A stretch of 64,000 nucleotides of DNA from the human T2T-CHM13v2.0 reference genome, Homo sapiens. The translations under genes were made by a program, and so were the position numbers. The notes under the pieces are model-generated. The model did not search any database. It saw nothing but the letters and a program-made list of their open reading frames with translations, and was not told where the DNA came from. The first letter of the stretch is position 1. Each line of letters starts with the position of its first letter. Positions 43,120 through 58,098 of this stretch are shown here, piece by piece. The DNA lies in NCBI RefSeq assembly GCF_009914755.1, contig NC_060928.1; one strand, given 5' to 3'.

Positions 43120-43609
43120 TGTGAAAGGAAAATAAATCTTTGGGCTCCAAAATCACTAAGCTACTGGGAAAACTCAAGCTGGGAACTGCTTAGGGCAAAC
43201 CTACCTCCCATTCTATTGAAAGTCACTCGTCTGCTCACTGAGATAAATACATATCTGATTGTCTCCTTTGGAGAGGCTAATCAGAAACTCAACATAATGC
43301 AACCATTTGTCTCTTATCTACCTATGACCTGGAAGCCCCCTCCCTGATTCGAGTTATCCCGTCTTTGCTTCAAGTTGTCCCGCCTTTGCTTCAAGTTTTC
43401 CTGCCTGTCTGGACCAAACCAATGTTCATCTTACATATATTGATTTATGTTTCATGTATTTCTAAAATGTATAAAACCAAACTGTGCTTTGACCACCTGG
43501 GGCACATGTCGTCAGGTCTTCCTGAGGCTGTGTCACGGGGCATGCATCCTCAACCTTGGCAAAATAAACTTTCCAAATTAACTGAGACCTCAGATATTCA
43601 GGGTTCACA
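43120..43609 (+). mobile_element. MER4A1 (ERV1) solo LTR
   Basis: Starts tgtgaaaggaaaataaatct, contains tgctcactgagataaat and accttggcaaaataaactttc, and ends ggttcaca. TSD actc/acac. About 21-bp triple repeat at 43350-43410. Confidence 0.9.
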
Positions 43610-45099
43610 ACACTAAACAGCATTCTGGACACAAAGAGAACAAGCCAGTTGTCATTCCTGAATTCACAGAACTCCCAGGCTGAAATCATAATAGAACAAT
43701 ATTTAAATGATATGAGCAGAAATTGATAAAGCTCTAATTATACCTAAAGGAAAATAAAATAACTTTCAGAAATGTGTTAAACATTTATTGATGGATATGC
43801 CAAGTATTGTACACAGATGTGTCATTTATACCACCCTGCTGGTTTATTATAGTGCTATTTGTTTCTGAAATGCTTCTATAATTTTGCATATACTAAAACA
43901 GAACAATTTATTTTAGTACAATATGTAATTTTATTTGAGTTCTGTTCTGTACTCTCTCTCAGCCAATATTTGATCTAGCTTGCTTTCATTGAGTTTATTA
44001 TAAAGTGTGGTTTACATCAGTCTAAACTTTATCTGCCATTTACTTTTCGTTTTGGTTAACAGTTTTGATCATGACTGACAAAAGGAAAGCAAGTGATAGT
44101 GCTTAACTAGCTGCAAAAAAATAAAAGACATATCACACATGATATGAAATTGGAAGTCATATAGATTTCCATCAGAAAAGCCTCAGAAAGTGATTGAGAA
44201 AAAAGATGGCAAAGATTATCATACAACTTAGAACTGGTGAATGGGTTTTCATATTATAAAAAGTATCAGGAAATTTAGTGCAACTTGAGAGTATGGCAAA
44301 AGAATCATGTAAGAGACAGTTGAAAGTGAAGATAACAAACTAACAATTGCAAGTTTGCTATGCTGTAAATACCAGTACTGTGTTGCAAACACATTTCTGT
44401 GGGGATAATGCCATGAGGGCCTATGCAAAACAGGTCCATTTAACAAGAAAGACTATGTTCAGTGATGCATCCCCTCCCTATCTAATCTGTGTATGTAAGT
44501 ATAGTGTCTTTTATATTAGTTATATAAGGACAGGAATAAAACAAAAATAAGTGGCACTGAGCTGGACTTAGAACAATAAATTGTATTTCAATAAGTGGCC
44601 AATAAAAAAAAGAGAAAATCAGTCAGAAGAAGTAACCTAAATACATGTGTCATATTCTGGGTCTTGAAAATCTTACAGGATAAGGTTAAAACTGGGGAAA
44701 GAAAAAATATTCGAAATTTAATGTAAAGCAGTTGTAGAAAGTATTCTACATTTTTATATTATTAAAGTATGTGTAGTTACTTTAGTTTTGATATGAAGTT
44801 GAAAATATTATTAATATAATCAAAAGGAAATAAAGGCAACTGGAGATCATATATTTTACTATAAATGAGCTTAGATTTTTAAAATAATTCCTCTTTACAG
44901 GTTTTACAATTTGACCTATTGTATATCTTTCTTACCTGTCAACCTTACCTATCGAGAATATACTCAAGAAAAAAATAAGGTAAAAATACTGTAAATAACC
45001 ATAATGCTTCCTAAAATCTAATTTATTTTATTGACAATAGAACACTTAACATAGTTCTATTTAACAATCCAAACTTCTTACCTCTGCTTTACCTCTCAG

Positions 45100-46360
45100 T
45101 TCATAAGAAATCAGAAGCAATAATATCAACAGGTTTTAGAGTTGATTTCTGCTTGTTGATATGAAGAAGTAGCTTGCAGAAAAAAATGAAACCAGACAAA
45201 ATATGATGGGATCATCTGTCTCTAGAGTTGCTAGCCAGGATTTGAGGGAGCCTAGCAGAGGTGGGCTGATGTTCTGCAAGATGTACTAGCTAAACTCAGT
45301 GTATTTGTTGATGCTTAGGGACGACAGAAAGGCTGTGAGGTCAGACATAGAACTATTATTGAGAGGCCAGAATGCCAGTAGAGCTTTCGTCAATTTCATA
45401 AGACTGGGGAGAAAAATTGAGCTTAAGGGTGCAATGGCAGCCAAACCTTACATACCAAGATCTCAGAAAAAGTGAAGCATAGAGAAGACAAAATTTTGTG
45501 ATTTTCCTCTTGCAGCATTTATTGAAATCTTAATTTACACAGGAGTAGAAGCAAAAAACTAAACAGATAGTTGCTCAAGAATATTACAAAATTCTTTGAC
45601 AATCTTAAAGTGTGAAAGAGATAATATTAAAAAGAGAAAAACATAAAGGGCATATCAAGAAGAAGGACTCTTGGTAAAGGCGTGAGTTATCTCAGCTGTT
45701 GACTAGATTATGGTAATCTGCCTCATCCTAGCCACTCAAAAAAAGAAAGACTAGAAGAAGAGAACATTGTTTAGAGACTCTGAAATTATAAATGTGAGTT
45801 GTCCCACAATCAATGAGAAAGTACCCAACATACCAAGAGACAATACCAAGAGAAATAAATGACCATAAAATGTAACCGAAGGAAAACCTCGATATTGTGT
45901 TTACTAGGAACATACTTTAAAATAAGTGTGATTTAAGTTTAAGAAAGCAGATGATATAATGGAGAATTTCACCAGAGAATCTGAATCTATAAAAATAAAG
46001 GATATAATTTTTACAATTCAAAATATCAAAAAACTTAGGAACAAAAAAGATAAACTAAATAGCAAATTGTACAGAGCAAAAGGGGTTAAGTGACTGGAAG
46101 AGAAGGGCAATAAAAAATATTCTGACTAACACATGGAAGGTAAAGAACAAAATACAGAGAAAAGAGAGTAAAAACTCATGAGGAAAAAGTAAAATGTCTA
46201 CTTTAGTTGCAGTTGGAGTTTCAGGAGAGAATGAAGAAAACACATCAGAATGATATTTAATAATGGCCAAAACCTCACCAAAACCAACAAAAGACATAAA
46301 TCTACAGACTCAAAAAATGTTGCAAAATCCAAGGAGGATGAATTACAAAGAAAGGAGAAC
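45100..46360 (+). mobile_element. Ancient L1M 5'/ORF1 remnant
   Basis: ggagaatttcaccagagaatctgaatctataaaaa, gttggagtttcaggagag, ataatggccaaaac...aaaagacataaatctacagactcaa are ORF1-type motifs. Left boundary uncertain. Confidence 0.6.
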
Positions 46361-47096
46361 CATGGCCTGGTATGTTGTTAACATCATCAGGGTTCTCTAT
46401 CTGGGTAAACTAAGCAAATGTTGGTATCACTGAAAAAATAGAGATATTTGAGGAAAGATGGGAAAATGAGATAAGGGAAACATGATGAGCTTGATTTTAG
46501 AAATGGTCAGAAAGCAGGAAAATAAGTAGTAGACATAGGCAGCCTCAAAAGAGATCTGTCTGGAGGTGCAGAAAAGAGTCCTTCACCAAAGATGTCTTTG
46601 CCCATGGAGAGGAGAGGGGAGGGACTGCATTAGTAAAGAGGGTTGCAGGAACTCACAGAATCCAGGACCCTGTACCAAGTCTCCAAATATTTCAAATTGA
46701 ACCCCCCCTTTGGTTTCACTTGGCTTATATAAATTGAGGAGTTTGGCAGAGATAATTGTTGTTATACGTATTTTGAATTTTAGGATTGTATGCATTTTAT
46801 GAAGTTTTCATATGTTTTGTCTCACTATAATATGTTATGATTGAAAAAAGGCAAATATTTAAAGTCTCCATTACAACCACAATGGAACTGACCTTGAGAA
46901 AAGTTAAATGTGTTGTATGTATGGAATCTCTCTGGCTTTAACTTTCTAGAACTCATCCTCTAAGTCAAGAAAGCATGATTTTTTTATGAAGTCTAAAATG
47001 TAAAATATTTACATTTTAAGGAATTATAATTTAGGAGTGATAATGGGATTGTGATTATGTTTTTAAGAATCCTTTTGTTTAAGACATATGTACTAA

Positions 47097-47352
47097 TTTT
47101 TTTTTTTTTTTTTTTTTTTTTTTTGAGCTGGAGTCTCACTCTGTCGCCCAGGCTGGAGCGCAGTGGCATGATCTTGGCTTACTGCAAGCTCCGCCTCCCA
47201 GTTTCACACCATTCTCCTGCCTCAGCCTCCCGAGTAGCTGGGACCACAAGCGCCCACCACCACTCCCAGCTAATTTTTTGTATTTTTAGTAGATACGGGG
47301 TTTCACCATGTTAGCTAGGATGGTCTGGATCTTCTGACCTCGGCCTCCCAAA
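47097..47352 (-). mobile_element. AluY, 5'-truncated with a small internal deletion
   Basis: Poly(T), then Y diagnostics ctgcaagctccgcctccc, ccattctcctgcc and ttagctaggatggtc. Ends at cggcctcccaaa. Confidence 0.9.
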
Positions 47353-47426
47353 CTAAAATATTTTGAGTATGATACTGGAATTTGCAACAGAATGATACAG
47401 TAAGTAAAATAGTAATTCTCTATATG

Positions 47427-47592
47427 TTTTTATTTTATTTTATTTTATTTTATTTTATTTTATTTTATAGAGATGGGGTTTCACCCTGTTGCCGAGGCTA
47501 GTCTAGAACTCCGGAACTCAAGCAATCTGCCAGCCATGGCCCTTGGCCTCTCGAAGTGCTGGGATTACAGGCATGAGCCACCATGCCCAGCC
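47427..47592 (-). mobile_element. Alu left monomer (FLAM_C/AluJ) with (TTTTA)n tail
   Basis: tagagatggggtttcaccctgttgccgaggctagtc...ctcaagcaatc...gggattacaggcatgagccaccatgcccagcc. Confidence 0.88.
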
Positions 47593-47629
47593 CCTATTTC
47601 TTGTTTTGGGTCATTCTAAAATACATCTG

Positions 47630-48930
<1,301 letters not shown>

Positions 48931-48989
48931 CTTGATATAACAAAGTTTAGCCTGCAATGGAATTGGGAAATAATGGTCTTCATTGGTTT

Positions 48990-49440
48990 TTTAAATGGTT
49001 TTTCATTTCTTAACACATACCACATATTCAAGAAATAGAATATTATAGTATCTCTAAAGCCTCCTTTATGCTCTCTCTTATTACTCTCCAAACAACCACT
49101 ATACTAACTTCTGTCATATATTAATTCTACCTACTTTTGAACTCTACATAACTGGCATCATATAGTATATTTCCTTTTATGTCTTGGTTCTTTCACTGAA
49201 TAATACAAATTTGATACTGAGCCTTTGTGTTTTGCATAGCAGCAATTTGTGTACTGCCATTACTACATGATTCTTACTTTTACAGATAAAGCACAATTTA
49301 TTCATTCTGCTATGGTGGTCATTTGGGCTGTTTCTCGTTATTGAATTCTAATATATAAACTTCTATGAACACTTGTGCATATGTTTTTATTGATTTATGT
49401 ATATCTATCTGTTGGGTATATATCAAGTATACCAAATGCA
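48990..49440 (-). mobile_element. L1ME 3'UTR remnant
   Basis: caagaaatagaatatt...aaccactatactaacttct...ttttgaactctacataactggcatcatatagtat...ggtcatttgggctgtttc. Confidence 0.7.
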
Positions 49441-49669
49441 TACTTATATATTTAAAAAGACTATGAATGGTTAAAAAAATCTGATAGTTAAAGCTGTAAA
49501 CTTTAGATATGCATTCATTGATTTAACAGCTAATTATTAATTGAGTATGATGACATGTGAACAAAGAACATTAGAACATTTAAGATTTTCATATTTTTCT
49601 GATTGCATGTTATAAATTAGTATAAAATGTATCCTCTCCAGTTAACACACGCACACAGTCACACACACA

Positions 49670-50782
49670 CAATATTTTATCTTATTAAACAACTAGGAAG
49701 TATCAGATACTGTACTGGGAATAATGAAAATAAAATATACAAGGCCATATCATCTTAGAATGTATTATCTAATAGGCAATTAACAAATTATCAAGAAATG
49801 GACATAAACTTGGAAATTGAAACAAGTATTGTGAATGAAATAGAAGCGAACTTCTGAAAGAGAATAATGGAGGGTAGGCAGAGGGGCAGGAAAAGAATAG
49901 GACAGTGGGTGGTGTTGAATCTGTTCTCTGAGGTTGTGGTAGTGAAGCTGAAGCCTTTTGTTCTAACTTTGCTTAGTGGGAGAAAGACCTTTTCAGTCAC
50001 ACCGAGCTTGTATATTCAGGGACTTGCTGAGGACATATTATACCAGATGAGGATGGGAAGTCTGGTAGAAATCACATAATCATAGCCTTAAGGGCTCTTT
50101 GGAAATGGTAAGAAAGATAGGTTTTGTTTCTCTTGCACAAATAATAGGGTGGTTTTAATTAGTGGGAGCATAATCTAATTTATGATTTAAAGTACATCTC
50201 TAGCTGCTGTATCAAGACTAGCTTGCAGGGATGAGTGAGGTGTTAAAAGACTTGGGTTGAGTTCATGTGAGAAATTATGGACCCTACGCAAACAATGGTT
50301 TGGCAGAGACAGAGATTTTTTTTTGTATGTAGACTTGATAGCAATTGCTGATGAACTTAATTTGGAAAGGTGGTGGTTGGGCAAGGTAGAACAGAAAGTA
50401 ATTTAGAATGATTTCTAGGTCTCTGGCTTGTTCACTTGAATGTATGTATATTCCTTTTATTTATTGAGAAAGAACTTAGTAACAAATCACTTTCAGAAAA
50501 GGCAGAGTTCAATTATAAGTGTGATAAGTAGTTGAAAGTCTTATATATGGATGAATCAAGTTTACAGTTGCATTAATCAGTTGAGACTTCAAAGAGGTCT
50601 GGGTAGGGGATATATTTTGGAGGCTGTCAGGATATAGTTGCTATATAAAGCCTTGAGAATATGTGAGCTCATGTAGGAAGAAACTGTAAAGAGCAAATGC
50701 CCAAGGTCTACCCCCAAGATTCAATCTCTCTGACATTTAGTGTCTGGAATAAAGCCTGAGATGGAGCAGCAAAAGAAATACC

Positions 50783-50832
<50 letters not shown>

Positions 50833-51230
50833 GAAAAAAAACCCAAAAAACAAAAAAAAACCCAACAGTGTTTTGTTATAAAATGTAAGTGAAGTAAGTG
50901 CACCAAGAAGAAGCTAGTAGCCAAATCAGAAATTTTTCTGGGCAAGTAAGGGCTAAACAAGTTCTGTATGTTTGGTTATGATCTTTGACAAAAATAGTGT
51001 TAGTGGTGGTTTTGTGGTTAAAAACCAGATGTGAATGGATTTCAGTCCATAGTGTTCTATATCTGGCATATGGCAGATTAAAGATCAGAATGATACTTTG
51101 GATTTGATTAAAGCAACTCAAATGCTGGGTAAAAGTTGAAAACAATTTTAATGCATCACTGAGCTGCACAAAAGTAAGAAATACACTGTGATTAAAAATG
51201 AAATTAAAGCAGGAACCTTGGGAGGTAAGT
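49670..51230 (-). mobile_element. L2 fragments
   Basis: cagatactgtactggggaataat, gaatgatttctaggtctctggcttg, gagaatatgtgagctcatgtagg. Confidence 0.6.
50783..50829. repeat. (AAT)n microsatellite
   Basis: Read directly from the sequence. Confidence 0.97.
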
Positions 51231-51555
51231 GAACACCAAAGCTTGTTTTCAGCCAGAGGGTTTTCTGACAAACCCTGGGAACTTGAGGTTTTGCTTTAAT
51301 GAACCTCATTACATAATGGGGTATGAGGGAGAGAAGATAAAACTCAGAGCCTGCCCAAGATTCAGAATTGAGTTACATAAAGCAAACCCCTACAGTTTAA
51401 TGAAAATTAAACCCCATTGCACAGAAAGGAACTGATTGGAGAATTTAAAAATCTTAACCTTGACAATAAATGAAGAGAAAAATTCACCCTGCATATTTAT
51501 ATTCACAAGGTGGCTTTTACATGGGGTGAACATCTATAAAAATAATGTAATTCAT

Positions 51556-51862
51556 GCCAGGCACAGTAGCTCATGCTATAATCCCAGAGCTTTGGGAAGC
51601 CAAGGCCAAAGGATTACCTGAGGCCAAGAGTTCAAGACCAGCCTGAGCAACATAGTGAGACCTCATCTATACACAAAGAAAAAGGAAAAAAAATTATCTG
51701 GGTGTGATGGCATGTGCCTGTAGTCCTTGGTACTTGGGAGGCTGAGGCAGGAGGATTGCCTGAACCCAGGAGTTTGAGATTAGAGTGGCCTGTGACTGAA
51801 CCACTGCACTCCAGTCTGGGCAACAGAGGGAGACCCCATCTCAAAAAATAATAATAATAAAA
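51556..51862 (+). mobile_element. AluJ
   Basis: gaggccaagagttcaagaccagcctgagcaacatagtgagacc and ggaggattgcctgaacccaggagtttgag. Confidence 0.92.
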
Positions 51863-51889
51863 ATGTATTATAATTCAAAAGGCTTCAAG

Positions 51890-52620
51890 TAATTCATACT
51901 TCAACATGTTAAATGAAAAGGTTAAGATTATATTATCTTGATAAAAATGGAAAATATGCAAGAAAATTCAACATTGATTCCTTATACAATTATTAGTAAA
52001 TATTTTTAAGTGTGTAAATTTTGTAGACAGCAAATTATAAAACTTGACTATATGATATTAAAGAAAACCTAAAATCGATAGAAATATAACTATTTCAAGG
52101 GTTGGGAAATTCAACATTTTTATGATACAAACAACAAAGTGGCTGCAATTCTAGTAAAATTCTCAGTATGGTTTGTTTCACTTAACTTTACATTTTACAT
52201 TTAATTTGTCAGTCTGATTCTAAAGTTTGCATCAAAAAGCAAATGATCAAAAATAGGCAAAGGAATTCTAGAAAAAAAGAGCAATGTGAAGAGACTGGCC
52301 CTTCCAGATCCTCAGAGCAGCTATAGAGCTATAGTAATTAACATGGAGAGGGTTAGCACAGTAGGAAACACATAGAGAAAAGGATCTAAAGAGAAAGCCT
52401 AGATATAGAACCACAGCATAGATATAAACCCATGTATATATGGAAATTTTATTTGACACACAAAAAGAATGGCAGAGTGATGCAGAAACAACAAACACAT
52501 TTCAGTGTGACAATGGTACCAATAATAACAAAATATTAATGATGGTTTGGGGTAAGAGAAATATGAGAAATTATTGCTTTCTTTTTTGTGAATTTTAAAT
52601 GAGATTTTCCTACAAAAACA
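51890..52620 (+). mobile_element. Ancient L1M ORF2 fragments
   Basis: tattaaagaaaacctaaa, ctgattctaaagttt, aaaatagg...agagcaatgtgaagagactggcccttccagat. Confidence 0.6.
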
Positions 52621-53449
52621 AAGATAGTAAATAATATAACAAGTAGTGAATAAAAGGCGAAGAAGTGGAGATGGAAAAATAACTCTTCAAATGGCTATGA
52701 AGAAAAGCAGATAATTTAGATATTAGTTTGAGGTATGCAAGGACAAGAGGAAATTATTGTTAATATTGGAATCTAGAGGGCCTCTGTAGCCTGAAGGAAT
52801 GATCAAGTAAAAAGTGAAATCTAGATGATTCAAAAGGTAAGGGGGTAAATTATTTAAAAGTTTGTCTACATAGGGAACTCTTAATGTTCTAAAATGCTGT
52901 GTAAGCGAAGCATAGTTAAAATGAGACATTGTGACCATGAATTTGCATAGCCCTAGGTTTTCTTTTCCAAGCAGAAAGAATAGACATTAGGAGACATAAA
53001 AAATCTGTAATATTCCTGGAATAATCTTTCTGACATTGAAAAATGTAAGGCAGACAGAGCAAAATATGTGAGTATAGATATGAGACCACAGAAAATAATT
53101 TGATACAATTTTTCATTTCTTCTTGAAATAATGTGAAAGTTATCCTTTTGAGTTTCTTAATCATAGAAAGTATTCTGGGTCTACTGAACTACCAAGAGCT
53201 TATGAATGCATGTGGAACAGAGGTATGACCAGAGTCAAAGGTTTTCTATTTCTTCCTTGATGTAAAACCCTGCATATCCATTTCTTCCTGCTTTTTATCC
53301 AATCATAAAATGTTGATTCTAATGATAGAAGCAAAATTAGAAAATTATGATTCTAAGTTATATTAATGAACTTAAAATAGTCCAGTAAAAAGAAAAAAAA
53401 AACTTGATAGGTACTACCCCTGTTCACCAAAGTCTGGCCCTTCTGCATT

Positions 53450-53505
53450 TCTGGGCTCCAGCAATCCTCCTGCCTCAGCCTCCCAAGTAGCAAGGACTAC
53501 AGGCA
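53450..53505 (-). mobile_element. Isolated internal Alu fragment
   Basis: ctgggctccagcaatcctcctgcctcagcctcccaagtagcaaggactacaggca. Confidence 0.8.
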
Positions 53506-55379
53506 GATCATTCCCCCTTGAATTACACAGTGTGACTGTTTTGGTCAATCTAATGTTAGGAGGAGTGAGGTATCTTATTTCTGATGGAAAGCAATGATCC
53601 ATTATTCAGCCTGACTCTTCCCTTGCTGCAGCTAGTGTGAAAGCTTATATTGCTGTGGAGGTACCATAAATTCAGAGCAAAAGCACATCTTTATTGAGGT
53701 AACCCAGTGAAAATTTGGAGTTGTTACTACAGCATAACCTGAACTATTTTGAATGAATTAAGAAGCTAAAGTAGAAGGACTAGCAGGAAAATTAAACCCC
53801 AGAAGAAGTAAAGGAAACTGGGTAGAAGAAAATCTAAATCTTCAAACTATCCCTAAGCCTTAGGAAGAAAGGAGTTGTGTGTGAAAGAAATTGTAGAAAG
53901 TGCTATGTCATGGTATAGCTCAGTTTATGTATTCCTTTCTAGTGGAACTGGGTTTGAAGGTTATTTCAGTTTCTTCGCAAAATTTTACCTCATTTAAAAA
54001 ATTTTTAAATATTTTAGTTGCCCTGGGACCAGAAACCTAAAGTTGAGGATTTTGAGTCTTAAAATTAGAAAACAGATTATGACTTTGAAAAGTTTCAATT
54101 TTTTATCTTACAAAACTTACAGTGACTAAAAAAAGGTAATTAAAAATTAAATAGCTGGTCTTGATTCTTAATTTTTTAAGAAAATGCAACTTGTCTTTGG
54201 TCTTTTTATGTTTATGTGTTGCTTTACCATTTTATTTCAGGGATCTGGGTCTATCTTACACGAATTTCCTATGAAGAGAGGCTTACATTTTATAACTGAA
54301 ATTACTCCCACCAAGTGAGCTTAAAAACCCATTTTTCATGTTTAGCAAGACACTCCTGCATATAGCAATGAGAAAAGATTATTTGTCAGTGAATTTCAAG
54401 CATGTCTTTAGAAAAGTCTCACACAGTGCCTTTCTTGTGTCCTTATTGACTTTTAAATATTAAGTCATGCGACAATACTGTTTTTACTCCAAGGGTCAGG
54501 TGACAGAAAACAATAAACTGGCTAAAAGTAATAAAGCGCTATTAAATAAAATCAAACAAGAAAATATAGCTCTAAAATTCAGGCTACCACTTTGTCCTTA
54601 CTTTGGCTTGCTTATGGGAATTTATTGAAGAAGCTTTTTAAACTTCATCAAAAAAGCCTCATAGCAGTTAATGATAGTGTGAGGGAGAAGAGGTTTTGCT
54701 ATGTTTAAATTCCATTAGAGCATTGTGGGTTTTCACTTCCTTAGTGGACCTTTTAACTTCCGAAGTAAATCCTTTGAGGTTTAAGCTTATTTGCTCTCAG
54801 CAATAATATGGCTTCTGTGACAAAAAAAAAAGTAATACCATAGCAATTTTTACAGCATGCACTTGTGAAATATCTTCCTATCATGAATATATAGCTGAAA
54901 GGTATCTTCAAATTAAATTGTATGATATGATGTATAAGTTTAAGTTTTTAATGAAATGGAATACAGCTATACTGAGTATTCAATCAATTGCAATTTTTAA
55001 AATTTCACTTAAAGGAAGAAACACAAATTAATAATAAATTAACTCATAACAGCAATATGATTAAAAAATCATGAGTAATTTCAAACCTTATAATTCTTTC
55101 CCAATGTTTCTGCTAGATTTTAATATAATAGGGATTAAATTCTAGAGCCACATGCAAGAAAAGCATGTTTAGACTACATAGGGTCTTTGATAAATACAAA
55201 GTAGATAAATTCATGATTATATGAGATAGAATGCATAAAATAATTTTATTTCATTTATGATAATTTTATTATGTATAATCAAAAATTACACAATCAAAAC
55301 TTTTCTTAAGGATTACATCATTCTAATTCACTAATTTGACTCTGAAGCTTCTGGTTAGACATGGACCATTGATTGATCA

Positions 55380-56290
55380 CTGACATTTATCTCCTCTTTT
55401 TATGAAAACTCACTAAAATAGGAATTCAAAATACATAAAAATCTATAAAGTCCAATACAGCAAGAGAGAAAATAACATAAAGAGAAGTATGGTTCCTCAC
55501 TTAGCGGATTTATAAAAAAGTACCTGCAGGGGGCATGCCTGACACAAAATAGAATTGTTTCCACAGCTCCTGGGAACATAAGTTATTGAAAAAGACATAG
55601 CTAAAATGGGAACCTGAAAACAGGAGGTTGTGTAAGAGGCTGTATTGTATTATATTGACTCCTCACTCCCAGGTCCCTTTCTTACAACCAATCCATCCCT
55701 CAACACTAAAGTTTTATTTTCTAAGAAAACTCAGTACATGAACTACAAGCATAGAAGAGGACAGGGCCAGGCTTGGGACTATAACCAGCCTGAGTGAAAA
55801 GCAGAACTCAGGTCCCTTTCCCCATTCTGAGAATAAACGAAGCAATCTGGTATTTATTTGCACAGCAGGAAATTAGGAGATACCACTAAGGAAAGACAGA
55901 GTCATTGCAGCTCATCCCACAGTAAATGGCTTCAATCAACAAAGCCTTTACAGAGAGCTTCCAATCAGCTTCAAGTGTTTCACTTTTAAATGTAATGGAA
56001 TAGTAAAAGCTTACCCGATATTTGAGGAAAGCCACCAACATGAAAAGTGAGCGACCAAAACTAACAAAAAGTGGAAAAATGAGAAAAGAAAGCCAATGGA
56101 GAAAGGAGAAAATAAAGCAAAAACAAAACAAGACTAATTGTCATATTAAGATATGAGAACATATTGCATACTTTAATAAAGTGGTCTTCTCTAAGAAGAA
56201 TAAAAGAAAAAAGCAAGAAGACATGGATAAAATAAAAACATGTAATTAATGGGTTGGATAGTAAAGTTGATAACATTTTCTATCATGATC
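55380..56290 (+). mobile_element. HAL1-like (half-L1) remnant
   Basis: caatcagcttcaagtgtttcacttttaaatgt...gatatttgaggaaagccaccaacatgaaaag...gagaacatattgcat resembles the HAL1 ORF start. Left boundary uncertain. Confidence 0.55.
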
Positions 56291-57563
56291 TCAGGTCAGA
56301 AAAATGCATCCTGCAAAGCAGTACACACAAGACACAAGGAAGAAAAGGAGAGTTGTGGTTCAATTCGGCCATTTTTCTCTTTGGAGACCTGGCACATAAT
56401 TTTGATATGCATTTGATTGTAATGCATATCAAAACCTAACTGATAGTAAAGATACTTAAAGTAATCATTAATCATTGAGGAAACTAAGATCAGATTTGCT
56501 GGTATTTTATTTATTAGACATTTGCATCTATATGCATTAGCGAAATAAGGTTAAAGTTTCATTTTTATTTTTATCAGATTTTGATATAAAGGTTTGTAAA
56601 TGTTTTTAAAAAATTTTTTTAACAAAATGTTTCTTATATTCTGGAAGATTTTGCACAGACTTGGAATGTCCACACAAACCTAAAATATCTGCTATAAAAT
56701 CACCTGTGTTCAGAATTTTAAAAAGTTATTTATTTCACTCTTTTCATTTTACTATGATTATTATTTTGTTGAAATCATGTTTTGTTTTTAGAAGATTTTG
56801 GTAAGGATGTAATATTCTCTATATTTGAAAACCATACTTGTGTTTTTATCATTAGTCATAAATATTCCTAGTTGTGTGGTGATTTAATTAAACTTGTAAA
56901 AGCTTTATATATTTTATATTTTGATTATATCTACTAAAGAAATATTTTTTGGATTAATTTATTCTGTGGTTTTTTCTTTTTCTAGTTGATAACATTTGTC
57001 TTTAACTTGCCTATTTCTCCACTATTCGTTTTTTTTTTATTTATCATATCCTACTTTTTTTTCAACTTCTTAACTTGATGTTTAATTAATTTAATTCATT
57101 ATTTAAATGTAAGCATTTCACTTTATAAACCTCAGAAGCCAATGTGGATACATCCTAAAGCGCTTAAAAGTATTCCCACTTTCAGTAATAATCTCTAGTT
57201 GTTTTAGAATTTCCTAACTGAGCAAATTTTTCAGAGGAATGTTGATTAATAATCAAATGGATGTTTTATTTGGTTTTTGCTCAATTAATTCATAATTTTA
57301 TTACCTTTTGAAAGAACATGTGGCTGAAGTAGTTTCTATTTATTGGAGTTTTCTGAGATTTTCTTCATGATCTAATATATGACTGTGATCAGGGAAAAAT
57401 TTTTAAAACTAAGAGCTATCCTACATATTTGGCTATGTTAAATGTCCTTTCAACTCTCTATATTCTCATTGTGTTTGTGCTGATGAGAGTAGGCAAAAGC
57501 AGAGATTGTATTTTCTATTTATTTTTATGTAAACTATATTTTTACATAAGAAGTATGGATACT

Positions 57564-57566
<3 letters not shown>

Positions 57567-57614
<48 letters not shown>
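57567..57614. repeat. (AT)24 microsatellite
   Basis: Read directly from the sequence. Confidence 0.97.
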
Positions 57615-57617
<3 letters not shown>

Positions 57618-57703
57618 CATATATTTTGAAAGATTGTGAGTGGTTTGTTAATGTCCTTTCCTGTATTTCCTTCAATTTGTATTTGTATTTATAAGAATTT
57701 CCA

Positions 57704-58098
<395 letters not shown>

